From positions 1 to 54,427 of IMG/VR virus record IMGVR_UViG_3300003465_000008: a stretch of DNA of 54,427 bases, one strand, 5' to 3'. The notes under the pieces are model-generated. The model had not been told where the DNA came from and searched no databases. It worked only from the letters and a program-made list of their open reading frames with translations. The stretch is from a virus. Taxonomy: Duplodnaviria > Caudoviricetes. The translations under genes were made by a program, and so were the position numbers. Below, in pieces: positions 27,882-37,238 of this stretch; position 1 is the first letter of the stretch, and each line of letters opens with the position of its first letter.

Positions 27882-29024
27882 TTAGATCGGCTCGAGCCAA
27901 CTCGTATCGGTAACGCCGCCGACGATCGCGGTTTCCGGCAGCGCGCCGGTAACGCCCGTGATCGCGAGCAGTTGCCCGATGTAGGCGAGCGACGGAACTC
28001 CTTGAATCCCGAAGCCGCCATCTTCGACCACCGAGCCAGTGACGACGATCTGGTTCGAAGTAAGCGCCGTCTGAATCCGCGCCGGCCGCGGGAAGGTCGC
28101 GCCCTTCTCGTGCAGCGGGTTCGTCCAGACCGGCGTCGCGCTGACGATGTTGCCGATCGTCGTCAGGATCGGCGTGGTGCCAGTCGCGAACGTCGTGCCG
28201 GTGAGGAGCGCGTTGAAGCTCGTCACCGTGAAGTTCATGATCGCGGTCGCGCCAGCCGCGCCTACCGAAAAGGCAAGCGTCGGCACACCAGTCAGCGGCA
28301 CACCCTGGTTGTTCGGATACAGGCCGGTCAGCAAGCCCGTGCCCGTGCATTTCAGCCGCACATGAACGCCGCTTCCCACGGTGTCGCGCGGGTCGTTGAT
28401 GAACGTGATCGTCGCCGCGGCGTAACCGTCTGCCTTGATCGCGTAGCCCGCACCTTGGTTGTCGATTACCACTTGCGCGGCGAGGAGTGCACCGCCCGTG
28501 ACCGTACAGTGCGCTGTCGCCTGCAGCCCGCCGGGCGGCGGAGCGCTGATGATGACGGTCGGCGGGTAGAGGTAGCCCGCGCCCACCGTATCGCCGATCA
28601 CGCCGGTTGCCGCCGTCACGCCGGTAACAACCGTGGTGGAAAGCGCGCCGCCCACGATCGGCACCCAGGTCGATGCGCCCGAGGAAGGCGTCACGGTGAG
28701 AGCAGTCGCCGTCGCCCCGATGCCGGTCGTCGCGCCGGTCGCTGCGGCCGTGGTGATGACTGCGGCCACCGGACAGCCGGTCAGGTTCGCCAAGCGGAAA
28801 TTCCCGCCATCGGAATTCACTTGTTTCGCGACGAACGTATTCGCCGCGCCGATCGTGCGCCAGATCCCGGTCACGGGATCGAGTTGCTGCAGGCTCGTGT
28901 AGGCTCCGAGCGTCACCGCGTAGTTGCCCGCCGGGATGATGTAGCTCACTCCCGCCGGCAGCGTGATCGCGTTGGTGTCCTTGCCTCTCAGACCGAGGCC
29001 GATTCCTTGTCCGCCGATAAGCAT
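27882..29024 (-). CDS. Thr/Gly/Ala-rich capsid decoration/structural protein
   Basis: Directly downstream of the major capsid gene; AAGGAG RBS. Confidence 0.65.
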   Translation of the reverse strand: MLIGGQGIGLGLRGKDTNAITLPAGVSYIIPAGNYAVTLGAYTSLQQLDPVTGIWRTIGAANTFVAKQVNSDGGNFRLANLTGCPVAAVITTAAATGATTGIGATATALTVTPSSGASTWVPIVGGALSTTVVTGVTAATGVIGDTVGAGYLYPPTVIISAPPPGGLQATAHCTVTGGALLAAQVVIDNQGAGYAIKADGYAAATITFINDPRDTVGSGVHVRLKCTGTGLLTGLYPNNQGVPLTGVPTLAFSVGAAGATAIMNFTVTSFNALLTGTTFATGTTPILTTIGNIVSATPVWTNPLHEKGATFPRPARIQTALTSNQIVVTGSVVEDGGFGIQGVPSLAYIGQLLAITGVTGALPETAIVGGVTDTSWLEPI

Positions 29025-29042
29025 TTGCTTTTCTCCTTGGTC

Positions 29043-30062
29043 CTAGAATGCGCCCCCGGTGATCCCGGTCAACTGCATTCCGCTGATCGGTTTCGCGCAC
29101 ACGAGCTGCATCGCGATGATGACCACGCCGACGTTCGCCACTTGCAGATTCGGGATCGCCGAGAAGAACCCCGAGAACGCGAACGGCGCGTCTTCCGATA
29201 CGTAGGCCGCGAAGTACTTCGTGTTCAGCATGTACGCCGTGCCCTTCGGGCAGAACGGATCGAGGAAGAACGGCGTGTCGCCGAGCAGCAACCCTCGGAA
29301 GCCCGAGTTCACCTGGTCGTCCTTGCCCCAGCGCGAGTTCGGCGTGTTCACGAACTGCTCGAGCGAGAGAAAGTCCTGCATGAGCGCGGTCCAGTCGGAC
29401 GGACTCATGACCACGAAGTCGGGCGCTTCGCCACCGTTGAGCGACGTTGCCTGCACGAGGTAGCCGAGCATCGCTGAGCGTGTGTTGACGGCGCCCGCGC
29501 TTGAGACGAGCGTGGACTTCCAGAACGTGCTGGCGGTTCGGCTGATCCCGCCGTAGGTCGTCACGTTCGTACCGTCATCGAACGCCTGTGGCAGGCCGTT
29601 GATGACTTGCGAGCCGTTCGGAAGCACGGAGTTGTTCGTGAACGCGGCGGTGGAGATCGCCTGCACAGCGACGGTCTTTGCGTCCGCCATGCGGGCGCGC
29701 ATGAGCGGGATGATCGCTTCGCTTGACTGAATCAGCGCTTCCATCCCCATGAAGCTGATCGGCACGACGCCTACGCAGAGGTTGAATTCCGCGTTCTGCA
29801 TGCCGGGCTGCACGGCGGGCTGCGGGAAGCCGCCCGAGTAGTCGGTCCACGCGAAGTTCACGAAGCTCGAGCCTTGCACGGGCACCGTGACCTGAGAGAC
29901 GCCGCCGCGCGCCTTCTGCGCGGTGCCAAAGAGCAGGTTCAGGAACGGCGTCGCCTTGTAGATTTGCACAAAGAGCGCCGGGACCACCGCGCGTCTTGTG
30001 GCCGCGACGAGTTCACTCCCTGCCGCGCCGCCAGGGACCAGACCGAGATTTAGTTGTGGCAT
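29043..30062 (-). CDS. major capsid protein
   Basis: 339 aa after the scaffold-like gene; ELVAATRRA...VQIY...YGGISR....FWKS pattern. Confidence 0.8.
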   Translation of the reverse strand: MPQLNLGLVPGGAAGSELVAATRRAVVPALFVQIYKATPFLNLLFGTAQKARGGVSQVTVPVQGSSFVNFAWTDYSGGFPQPAVQPGMQNAEFNLCVGVVPISFMGMEALIQSSEAIIPLMRARMADAKTVAVQAISTAAFTNNSVLPNGSQVINGLPQAFDDGTNVTTYGGISRTASTFWKSTLVSSAGAVNTRSAMLGYLVQATSLNGGEAPDFVVMSPSDWTALMQDFLSLEQFVNTPNSRWGKDDQVNSGFRGLLLGDTPFFLDPFCPKGTAYMLNTKYFAAYVSEDAPFAFSGFFSAIPNLQVANVGVVIIAMQLVCAKPISGMQLTGITGGAF

Positions 30063-30095
30063 TTTCTTGTCCTATCGCGTGGGAAAGTCGCTGCG

Positions 30096-30674
30096 TTATT
30101 CCTCGGTGCCTGCGCCCGATAGAGCAGCCATCATTTCGTCCATCATGAATTGATCGGGGTCGGACATGAGTTTCTTGAACCCCTCGTCGTCCTTGCCGTT
30201 CGGCGTGATGAACTGCATGCGCGAGGAAAACTCGCGCGGCTTCGTCGCCGGCTTCGGTTGCGACGCCTCGAACACGATCGCCGCATCTTCGGGATTCTGG
30301 ATGCCGCGCTCTTTCATGATGCCCAGGAGTTTGTCGGTCCCCTCTTTCGTGTAGCCGCGTTCCTTCGCGATCTTCTCGACGCGCGCGGAAAACGCGTTCA
30401 CGTCGGCCTCCTCTTTTTCCTTCTTGCGCGCATTCTCGAAACCCTCGATGCGCTTGTTGAGTTCGGCCATGCCGTCGCTCACGCGCTTATCCAGCGACGT
30501 GCTCAGTTCCTCGGTCCGCGTGACGGCATCGAGTTCGGGGATGGATGCCGAGGGAAACTTCTTTTTCACGATCTTGCGGAAATCCATGCCGACTCCCGCA
30601 TCGGCGTAGAGCGATTTCAGCAGCGCGTGCGCTTGCCGCAGTTCCGCGAGTTCGTTGTCCGCAATGTCTGCCAT
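30096..30674 (-). CDS. scaffold-like protein
   Basis: Charged helical 192 aa immediately upstream of the capsid gene; GGAGG RBS. Confidence 0.6.
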   Translation of the reverse strand: MADIADNELAELRQAHALLKSLYADAGVGMDFRKIVKKKFPSASIPELDAVTRTEELSTSLDKRVSDGMAELNKRIEGFENARKKEKEEADVNAFSARVEKIAKERGYTKEGTDKLLGIMKERGIQNPEDAAIVFEASQPKPATKPREFSSRMQFITPNGKDDEGFKKLMSDPDQFMMDEMMAALSGAGTEE

Positions 30675-30686
30675 GTGCGCCTCCCG

Positions 30687-30890
30687 TTACTTCTTGCCAT
30701 CCACGTGGCGGATGCCGAGGCGGTTGTTGCCGCCGGATTCCGGTGAGCGCGCCTTGCCGATCGTGCCCTTCCTCGCGCCGAAGTCCACGTTGTCCATCGG
30801 CACCTTGACGACCATCGGGTCTTTCTCGTTCAGGTGGTCGGGATCGGTTTTCGGGTAGTCCTGACCACGGTTCGATTTGAAGTTCGCCAT
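30687..30890 (-). CDS. hypothetical protein
   Basis: AGGAG RBS; 67 aa. Confidence 0.6.
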   Translation of the reverse strand: MANFKSNRGQDYPKTDPDHLNEKDPMVVKVPMDNVDFGARKGTIGKARSPESGGNNRLGIRHVDGKK

Positions 30891-30891
30891 G

Positions 30892-31284
30892 TCATGCTCC
30901 TGGTGCCGGTGCTCCGGCGGTTGTGGGTGGTGTTGCTCCCGCACCCGGCGCGCCACCGCCAGCGCCGCGCGCCGCGAGTGCCGCGAGAAGCGGGGAGGTC
31001 TGCTGCTGCCGTAGCGCGAGATCCCGCAGCATCGAAGCCTGCAGGTTTTGCTCTTGGCCGGCTGCAGCGGGAAGGTGTTTCGCCAGTGCGTTGATCGACG
31101 TGCGGACCGCGCCGTGCAGCGGGGATTCGAGCCCGAGTTGCGGCAGCGCGGTTTCCAGCATGATGAGCGCCTGACGAACCTGCCCAGCCGCGTGTGCTTG
31201 TGCGCCCAAATTGGCGCTCGGCGCAGCCGCCGGGCTTGGAGTCGTCATGCCGGGGGACATTCCAGGTACAGCGGGCACCGGCAT
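30892..31284 (-). CDS. Pro/Ala-rich head-module hypothetical protein
   Basis: MPVPAVPGM... with GAAGGA RBS. Confidence 0.6.
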   Translation of the reverse strand: MPVPAVPGMSPGMTTPSPAAAPSANLGAQAHAAGQVRQALIMLETALPQLGLESPLHGAVRTSINALAKHLPAAAGQEQNLQASMLRDLALRQQQTSPLLAALAARGAGGGAPGAGATPPTTAGAPAPGA

Positions 31285-31295
31285 GGTCCTTCGCC

Positions 31296-31340
31296 CTAGC
31301 GGCGACCGCGCCGCTTGGCTTTGCGCATGCGCTTGGCCAT
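31296..31340 (-). CDS. 14-aa basic micropeptide MAKRMRKAKRRGRR
   Basis: AAGGAG RBS 5 nt upstream of the ATG; first ORF after a predicted promoter. Confidence 0.55.
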   Translation of the reverse strand: MAKRMRKAKRRGRR

Positions 31341-31420
31341 GTTCGCTCCTTCGGAGTGTGCCAATTTTGTCGGGATCAGCAATACCCGCGTTACCGTCAC
31401 AGCGACGACTTGTGGCTGCC

Positions 31421-31449
31421 AACGTAGCGCGGCGCAGCAAGGTTGTCAA
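31421..31449 (-). promoter_or_regulatory. sigma70-like promoter for the capsid genes
   Basis: TTGACA-17 nt-TACGTT on the minus strand. Confidence 0.5.
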
Positions 31450-31473
31450 CTCCTTGATTCGACAACATTTTTT

Positions 31474-31497
31474 TGCTCAAGCATCATGCTCAAGCAT
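31474..31497. promoter_or_regulatory. tandem 11-bp repeat TGCTCAAGCAT x2, candidate operator
   Basis: Copies at 31474-31484 and 31487-31497 in the AT-rich divergent intergenic region. Confidence 0.4.
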
Positions 31498-31536
31498 TTT
31501 CAGAGGGAAATGCGTAGAATTTCCTGCACTACAGGC

Positions 31537-32595
31537 ATGGAAAACAAAACGGAAAAACGCATGCGTCTGCGCAAGGCCGCGCGCAAGGGCGGCTTGAAGG
31601 GAGGGCGGGCGCGGGCACGACGCCTAGCGGCAGCGCGCCGCCGCGCAATCGCGCAGCGCGCAGCGAAGGCGCGTTGGGCCGATGCAGTGGTGTCACCGCC
31701 GCACGCAGTGAGTACATGGAGCGCGCGAGCGCAACGCACGCCGTTTCTCATCGCGGAAATCGGCATCAACCACAACGGGAAACTTGAACTCGCGAAGCGC
31801 ATGATTCGCGCCGCAAAGGACGCGGGTTTTGATGCGGTGAAGTTCCAGAAGCGCGCGATTGAACGCGTCTACACAGCGGAATTCTTGGCGAGTCCGCGCA
31901 CGAGTCCGTGGGGCAGCACGCAGCGCGAGCAAAAGGAAGGATTGGAATTTTCCGCCGCCGCGTATCGTCACATCGACCGCTACTGCGAGTCATGCGGAAT
32001 CGCGTGGTCGGCTTCCGCTTGGGATCTGGATAGCCAAGCGTTCCTGCGGCAATTCGATCTGCCGTTCAACAAGGTCGCGTCGCCGATGCTCGGCCACCGG
32101 CCGCTACTCGCCGAGATTGCGGCCGAGCGCAAGCACACGTTCATTTCGACCGGCATGTCCACGCTCGCCGAGCTTGACGAAGTGGTGGAGTTATTCGTGC
32201 GCGCGAATTGTCCGTTCGAACTCATGCACTGCAATTCGACTTACCCGATGCCGGACGAGGACGCGAACCTGCTCTGCATTCCGATGCTGCGCGAGCGCTT
32301 CGGCTGCAACGTAGGCTACTCCGGGCATGAGACGAGCGTGACGAAGGTATGCGTCGCGGCCGTCGCGCTCGGCGCAACTTCGATCGAGCGCCACATCACG
32401 CTCGACAAGACGATGTACGGCTCGGATCAAGCGGCGTCCGTCGAAACGCACGACCTCGCGAACTTCGTGCAGGTAGTGCGCGCGATCCCGCTCGTACTCG
32501 GAACCGGCAAGAAGGAAGTCACGGAAACCGAATGGCCAGCGCGCAAGAAACTGCGCGTCGAAGTGCCGGCGACGCCGGTCGCGCAAGCCGCATGA
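31537..32595 (+). CDS. neuB: nonulosonic acid (N-acetylneuraminate-type) synthase with a basic N-terminal extension
   Basis: IAEIGINHNG, DAVKFQKR, KVAS, ISTGM, LMHCNSTYP, GYSGHE, IERHITLD..MYGSDQAAS. Confidence 0.92.
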   Translation: MENKTEKRMRLRKAARKGGLKGGRARARRLAAARRRAIAQRAAKARWADAVVSPPHAVSTWSARAQRTPFLIAEIGINHNGKLELAKRMIRAAKDAGFDAVKFQKRAIERVYTAEFLASPRTSPWGSTQREQKEGLEFSAAAYRHIDRYCESCGIAWSASAWDLDSQAFLRQFDLPFNKVASPMLGHRPLLAEIAAERKHTFISTGMSTLAELDEVVELFVRANCPFELMHCNSTYPMPDEDANLLCIPMLRERFGCNVGYSGHETSVTKVCVAAVALGATSIERHITLDKTMYGSDQAASVETHDLANFVQVVRAIPLVLGTGKKEVTETEWPARKKLRVEVPATPVAQAA

Positions 32596-33320
32596 GCTAC
32601 AACCTCGCGCTGATCGGCGCGCGCTCGGGTTCCAAGGGCGTGCCCGGCAAGAACGTGCGGATGCTCGGCGGGCACCCCTTGCTCGCGTGGGCGATCCGCG
32701 CCGCCGCGCACACCGAAGGCATCGACCGCATCATCGTGTCCAGCGACTCGCAAGCTTACTGCGATCTGGCGCGCCACTACGGCGCGGAAGTCCCCTTCCT
32801 GCAGCCGGAAAAGACGGCGCGCGACGACTCCGGCGACTACCCGTTCGTGAAGCACGCAATCGAGTGGATCGGCGACCATGAAAGCAGTTATCCCGAAAAA
32901 ATCGTGCTGCTGCGGCCCACCACGCCGCTCCGCGAGCCGAAGGTGATCGCGGAAATCATGAAGGTGCTGCGCTACGACCAGATGAATCAGTACAGCGCGG
33001 TGCGCAGCGTTCACGAAATGGCGGAATCCGCGCACAAGTGCTTTCACGTCATCAAGATGCGCCTGCAACGGCTCGACGGCTCGTACTCGATTGACGCCGC
33101 GAACCGCCCGCGTCAGCGCTACCCCAAGACCTACCACGCGAACGGCTACGCCGATGTGTTCGGCGTCGAATACGTCCGCACGCACTGCGTGCTCTTTGGT
33201 GGCCGCGTGCGCGCCTTCATCACGCCGCGCACCACCGAAGTCGATACGGAGGAAGATTTGAACTACCTAGAATACGAAGTCCGCAAACACGAATCGCTGA
33301 TCGGAAGGTTATTTTCATGA
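32592..33320 (+). CDS. neuA: acylneuraminate cytidylyltransferase (CMP-nonulosonate synthetase)
   Basis: LIGARSGSKGVPGKN...GHPL, VSSDS, LRPTTPLR, RQ..PKTY.ANG, EVDTEED. Confidence 0.9.
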   Translation: MSYNLALIGARSGSKGVPGKNVRMLGGHPLLAWAIRAAAHTEGIDRIIVSSDSQAYCDLARHYGAEVPFLQPEKTARDDSGDYPFVKHAIEWIGDHESSYPEKIVLLRPTTPLREPKVIAEIMKVLRYDQMNQYSAVRSVHEMAESAHKCFHVIKMRLQRLDGSYSIDAANRPRQRYPKTYHANGYADVFGVEYVRTHCVLFGGRVRAFITPRTTEVDTEEDLNYLEYEVRKHESLIGRLFS

Positions 33321-34666
33321 GAACAGGATTCGCGAACGACATGCGTCGCGCCTGGGCGGTGCAGACCAGCTATCGCAACATCATGAAGGGCAGCGTGAGC
33401 GAACTGCCGACGCAATCCTTCTTTTACCGGCTCGGCCAAGTCGAGGCGCGTTCCATGCACGGTCAGTTGCCTGTCGTCTGGTCGCGCGCGAAGGATTACA
33501 GCGTGTGGGACGCGGCCGGCAATCAATATCTCGATTTCACGTCCGGCATCTTCGCGGCGAACCTCGGGCATTCGGATGACGCGCTGCTCGGGAGTTTGAG
33601 AGCCGCGCTCGAGGCCGGCTTGCTGCACTGCTACACCTACGGCACGCGATTGCGGCTTGAATACCTCGAAGCGCTCACCGAGTGGAGCGGATTCGAGAAA
33701 GCCTATCTTGTGTCCTCGGGCACGGAAGCCACGGAAACCGCGCTGCGACTGATGCGGCTACACGGCGAGAAGGTCGGCAAGGCAAGGCGTGCCGTGGTCT
33801 GTATCGACGGCAGTTTCCACGGTCGCACGCTCGGCGCCGCGTTGATGGGCGGCTCGGGTCGCGAGGAAGCGCGGGCGAACGGGATCTACCACATCGCACC
33901 GCCTGCGCTTCACGCCCCCGATAGCGTCAATCACTTCTTCACGGTCAGCCTCGGCGCGCTGTGGGATCAGGAGTGCGACCCAGAGCGCGATGTATGCGGC
34001 TTCCTGATTGAGACCTATCAGGGCTGGAACGCGCGCTTCTACCAGCCTGCGTTTGTGCAGGCGATCGAGAAGTTCTGCCGCGATCACGGCATCCTGCTCG
34101 CCTTCGATGAAGTGCAGGCTGGATTCGGGCGCACGGGCCGCAAGTTCGGCTACCTGCACTACGGCGTGCGGCCGGACCTGATCTGCGTCGGCAAGGGCAT
34201 GGGCGGCGGCTTTCCGCTGGCGGGCGTGCTCGGGAGTGCGGCAATCCTTGACCTACCGGCACCCGGCGACATGAGCAGCACGCACGGCGCGAATCCCTTG
34301 GCTTGCGCGGCGGGGCTTGCCGTGATCGAGGAAATCGAACGCCGGAATCTCGTCGGAGAAGCCGAGCGCAAGGGTCGCCTGCTTGCCAAGGAACTCGAAA
34401 AGATCGTGACGAGCTTCCCGCGCCGCATCGCCTACGCGAGTGCTCAAGGACTCGTTGCGGCGCTCGTTTTTCAGGGCGACGAATCGTCCGAGTTCGCAAC
34501 GCGCGTCGCGCACGAGTGCCTGCGCCGCGGGCTGCTCATCGTGCATACTGGCCGCGAATCCGTGAAACTCGGCCCACCGCTCAGCATTCCCGATGACGCC
34601 CTAGCCGAAGGAACGTATGTCCTCACCGAAGCCATTGCCAGTGCCAGCAATGCCGAACAAGGTTGA
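33317..34666 (+). CDS. class III PLP aminotransferase
   Basis: WDAAGNQYLDF.SG...NLGH, SGTEATE, SFHGRT, FDEVQAGFGRTG, GKGMGGGFP, THGANPL. Confidence 0.9.
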   Translation: MRTGFANDMRRAWAVQTSYRNIMKGSVSELPTQSFFYRLGQVEARSMHGQLPVVWSRAKDYSVWDAAGNQYLDFTSGIFAANLGHSDDALLGSLRAALEAGLLHCYTYGTRLRLEYLEALTEWSGFEKAYLVSSGTEATETALRLMRLHGEKVGKARRAVVCIDGSFHGRTLGAALMGGSGREEARANGIYHIAPPALHAPDSVNHFFTVSLGALWDQECDPERDVCGFLIETYQGWNARFYQPAFVQAIEKFCRDHGILLAFDEVQAGFGRTGRKFGYLHYGVRPDLICVGKGMGGGFPLAGVLGSAAILDLPAPGDMSSTHGANPLACAAGLAVIEEIERRNLVGEAERKGRLLAKELEKIVTSFPRRIAYASAQGLVAALVFQGDESSEFATRVAHECLRRGLLIVHTGRESVKLGPPLSIPDDALAEGTYVLTEAIASASNAEQG

Positions 34667-34895
34667 CCAGCGGATTACGGTCGAAGCGCCGATCTTGTCC
34701 GTATACTTGCATGGCAGAGACATGATCTGCACGCTTGATCCCCCGCACGATTTCAACTACGAACAATACGCCCTCTTGATCTGCGACTTGGTGCGTCACG
34801 TCGCGCGCGCATTTGAAATAGAAGAGGACGACGTGTGGCAGTGGGTCGAGCGCGAGCGCGCGAACCCCACGAGCACGCTCAGTTCGCCGTCGTGA
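34650..34895 (+). CDS. hypothetical protein
   Basis: Overlap-coupled ORF in the operon. Confidence 0.6.
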   Translation: MPNKVDQRITVEAPILSVYLHGRDMICTLDPPHDFNYEQYALLICDLVRHVARAFEIEEDDVWQWVERERANPTSTLSSPS

Positions 34896-35737
34896 ACGCT
34901 CCGCTCGCGATTGATCTGTTCTGCGGACTCGGCGGCTGGACCGAAGGATTGCTATCCGAAGGCTATTACGTCGTTGGCTTCGACGTAGAACGCCATCATT
35001 ACGGCAGCGAAAAATATCCCGCGCAATTAGTCCTCCAAGACGTGCTGACAATCCACGGTAAGCAGTTCAAGGATGCCGCGTTGATCGTCGCTTCGCCGCC
35101 ATGCCAGGAATTCAGCTACATGGCGATGCCGTGGTCGAAGGCGAAAGCGATCCGCGCCGAGTACTTGAGCGGAAAGCGCGCCGTAAAGAAGCTCACTGCG
35201 CTATTCGACGCTTGCTTTCGTATCCAGCGCGAAGCAATTGAGGCCGCTGGTCGGTTCATTCCGCTGGTAGTCGAGAACGTGCGTGGCGCTTGCGAATGGG
35301 TCGGGCGGTCGCGCTGGAATTACGGATCGTTCCATCTTTGGGGCGATGTGCCTGCGCTGATGCCGATGACGAAGGCGGTGAAGGTTCCGGGGATGAATTG
35401 GTCAGGGTTGGACAAGCCCGGTTACGTGGCCGTAGCGTTCAACGATGCGCGGCATACGAAAAACAACGGCGGCTCATGGTTCAACATCGGCTCTCCGGGG
35501 CAAAAGGTCACGAATCAGAATCCGGTGTCTGGTGCCAAGAACATGAACATTCACATGCCCTACGCGGAATTGAAAGATCACGTTAAGCAGGGAGGCGATT
35601 GGTTTAATTCCGAGCAGCCGTCAATCAGTAGACTAACTGGCAGCAAGTCAGCCGCGCGCAAGGCCGCATCGGCGCGCATTGCGAAAATACCTTTTCCGCT
35701 CGCGCAGCACATCGCACGCTATTGGAAGCCACAATGA
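34892..35737 (+). CDS. atypical C5 DNA cytosine methyltransferase-like protein
   Basis: IDLFCGLGG (motif I), ASPPCQEFS (IV), VVENV (VI); divergent C-terminus. Confidence 0.75.
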   Translation: MNAPLAIDLFCGLGGWTEGLLSEGYYVVGFDVERHHYGSEKYPAQLVLQDVLTIHGKQFKDAALIVASPPCQEFSYMAMPWSKAKAIRAEYLSGKRAVKKLTALFDACFRIQREAIEAAGRFIPLVVENVRGACEWVGRSRWNYGSFHLWGDVPALMPMTKAVKVPGMNWSGLDKPGYVAVAFNDARHTKNNGGSWFNIGSPGQKVTNQNPVSGAKNMNIHMPYAELKDHVKQGGDWFNSEQPSISRLTGSKSAARKAASARIAKIPFPLAQHIARYWKPQ

Positions 35738-36162
35738 TCCTCGGCCTTCGGCACGTCGGCATCGTGGTATCGGACCTTGAGCGACAGGTAGACTTCTACT
35801 GTGGCGTCCTCGGCTTTCGCGTCTTGAAGCGCATGGACGAGTCGGGCGAGGAAGTGGACCGCATGCTCGGCATCGAGGATGCCGATGTCACCACGGTAAA
35901 ACTCATCGCGCCAGGAGGCGGCGTGGTCGAACTGCTGAAATTCCATTCACCGGAGTGCCGCGAGTCCGACGACCGCGAACTGCACGATTTGGGTATCTCG
36001 CACATCGCGCTGACGCTCACGGACTTGTACGCCGAATACGCGGACCTCTCGCGTAAGGGCGTGCGGTTCATTTCCCCTGTGGAACGCTCCGGGGACGCCT
36101 ACGTCGCGTTCTGCTTCGACCCCGAGGGCAACGTGCTCGAATTGGTGCAGGCGACGCAGTGA
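35734..36162 (+). CDS. VOC/glyoxalase family protein
   Basis: RHVGIVVSDLE...FY..VLG, VELLKF, HIAL, DPEGNVLELV. Confidence 0.88.
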   Translation: MILGLRHVGIVVSDLERQVDFYCGVLGFRVLKRMDESGEEVDRMLGIEDADVTTVKLIAPGGGVVELLKFHSPECRESDDRELHDLGISHIALTLTDLYAEYADLSRKGVRFISPVERSGDAYVAFCFDPEGNVLELVQATQ

Positions 36163-36434
36163 AGCGCGTCATCCGCACGCCCATGCAGCAACGCCTGACG
36201 CGCGTTGCGTTCGCCGTGAAGAAGGCGCTCGGCCTGCCCTATGTGCGGCCGAAACCCTACCGCAACGGCAGGCTGTTCGTGATCTTCATGCACGAGCGCC
36301 CCGGACACTGCTGCCGCGTTCCGAATCTCTCGCTGGTCGCGTCGATTGAGGATGTGGTCGCAACCTGTCGCAAAGCGTGGGAGGAGTTTCTGAAAGAGGA
36401 ACGCGAGGCGATGCAGGAGGAAACCGCGCCGTGA
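36159..36434 (+). CDS. hypothetical protein
   Basis: GTGA-coupled at both ends. Confidence 0.55.
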   Translation: MKRVIRTPMQQRLTRVAFAVKKALGLPYVRPKPYRNGRLFVIFMHERPGHCCRVPNLSLVASIEDVVATCRKAWEEFLKEEREAMQEETAP

Positions 36435-37237
36435 GTCTCGTAGGTATTTCACAAATAAACATCGAACTTTCCTCGCGCTGCGACAAGCACACTTTGTGCT
36501 TCATGTGCGGGCACCAGAACGAGAAGCTGAATGCATCGCTCAAATACGGCGACATGGATTTCGCGCTGCTGCAACGCATTCGCGCGCAAATTGAGCCGCC
36601 GGTCATCGTGTCCTTTCACCGCGACGGCGACCCGCTCGTTTACCCGCGCCTCGCCGCCGCACTCGCCCTATTCCGAGACTTCCCGACTTCTGTCGTCACG
36701 CACGGCGAAGCATTGGCGAGGCGGGCCGCAGAAATCATCGGCAACTGTACGATCGTCACGGTGTCCGTCATTCCCAATGACGAGGATCGCGACATTCAGC
36801 TTGCCTCCGTCGCGCAATTCCTGCGGCTCAAAGGCGAAGCGCCGCCGCGCGTGCAACTGAAATTCGTCGGTGCCGTGAAGGATAGCGAACGCTACGAAGC
36901 GCTCGGCGTGCCGATCATCAACCGCGCGCTGCACTCGGCCAAGGGAAACTGGAACTACGTCCGCATGAAGCCGAGCGTTCCGGAGATTGGCACTTGCCTA
37001 GATTTCTTGTCCCGCCCTACCGTCGATTGGCGCGGCAGGATGTTTATTTGTAACCGCTTGGACGTTGAGGATGCCGGCCTGCTCGGCGACCTGAACACGC
37101 ACACGCTGGAGGAGCTTTGGAACGGGCCTGAGCGCAAGCGGATGCTCGCCGCGCACCTGGCCGGACGGCGAGAGGATGCGAACGCGCTTTGCGCGCGCTG
37201 CGAGTCCTACGGCATCCCGACGCCAAGCGGGTACTGA
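36431..37237 (+). CDS. radical SAM/SPASM protein
   Basis: NIELSSRCDKHTLCFMC, GDPL.YP, C...VDWRG....C...GDLN..TL.ELWNG...CARC. Confidence 0.82.
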   Translation: MSLVGISQINIELSSRCDKHTLCFMCGHQNEKLNASLKYGDMDFALLQRIRAQIEPPVIVSFHRDGDPLVYPRLAAALALFRDFPTSVVTHGEALARRAAEIIGNCTIVTVSVIPNDEDRDIQLASVAQFLRLKGEAPPRVQLKFVGAVKDSERYEALGVPIINRALHSAKGNWNYVRMKPSVPEIGTCLDFLSRPTVDWRGRMFICNRLDVEDAGLLGDLNTHTLEELWNGPERKRMLAAHLAGRREDANALCARCESYGIPTPSGY

Positions 37238-37238
37238 T

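Noticed and set aside
25864-29477. Long + strand ORFs (25864-27072, 27861-29477)
   Set aside because: Antisense shadows of structural genes; Arg-rich with no motifs
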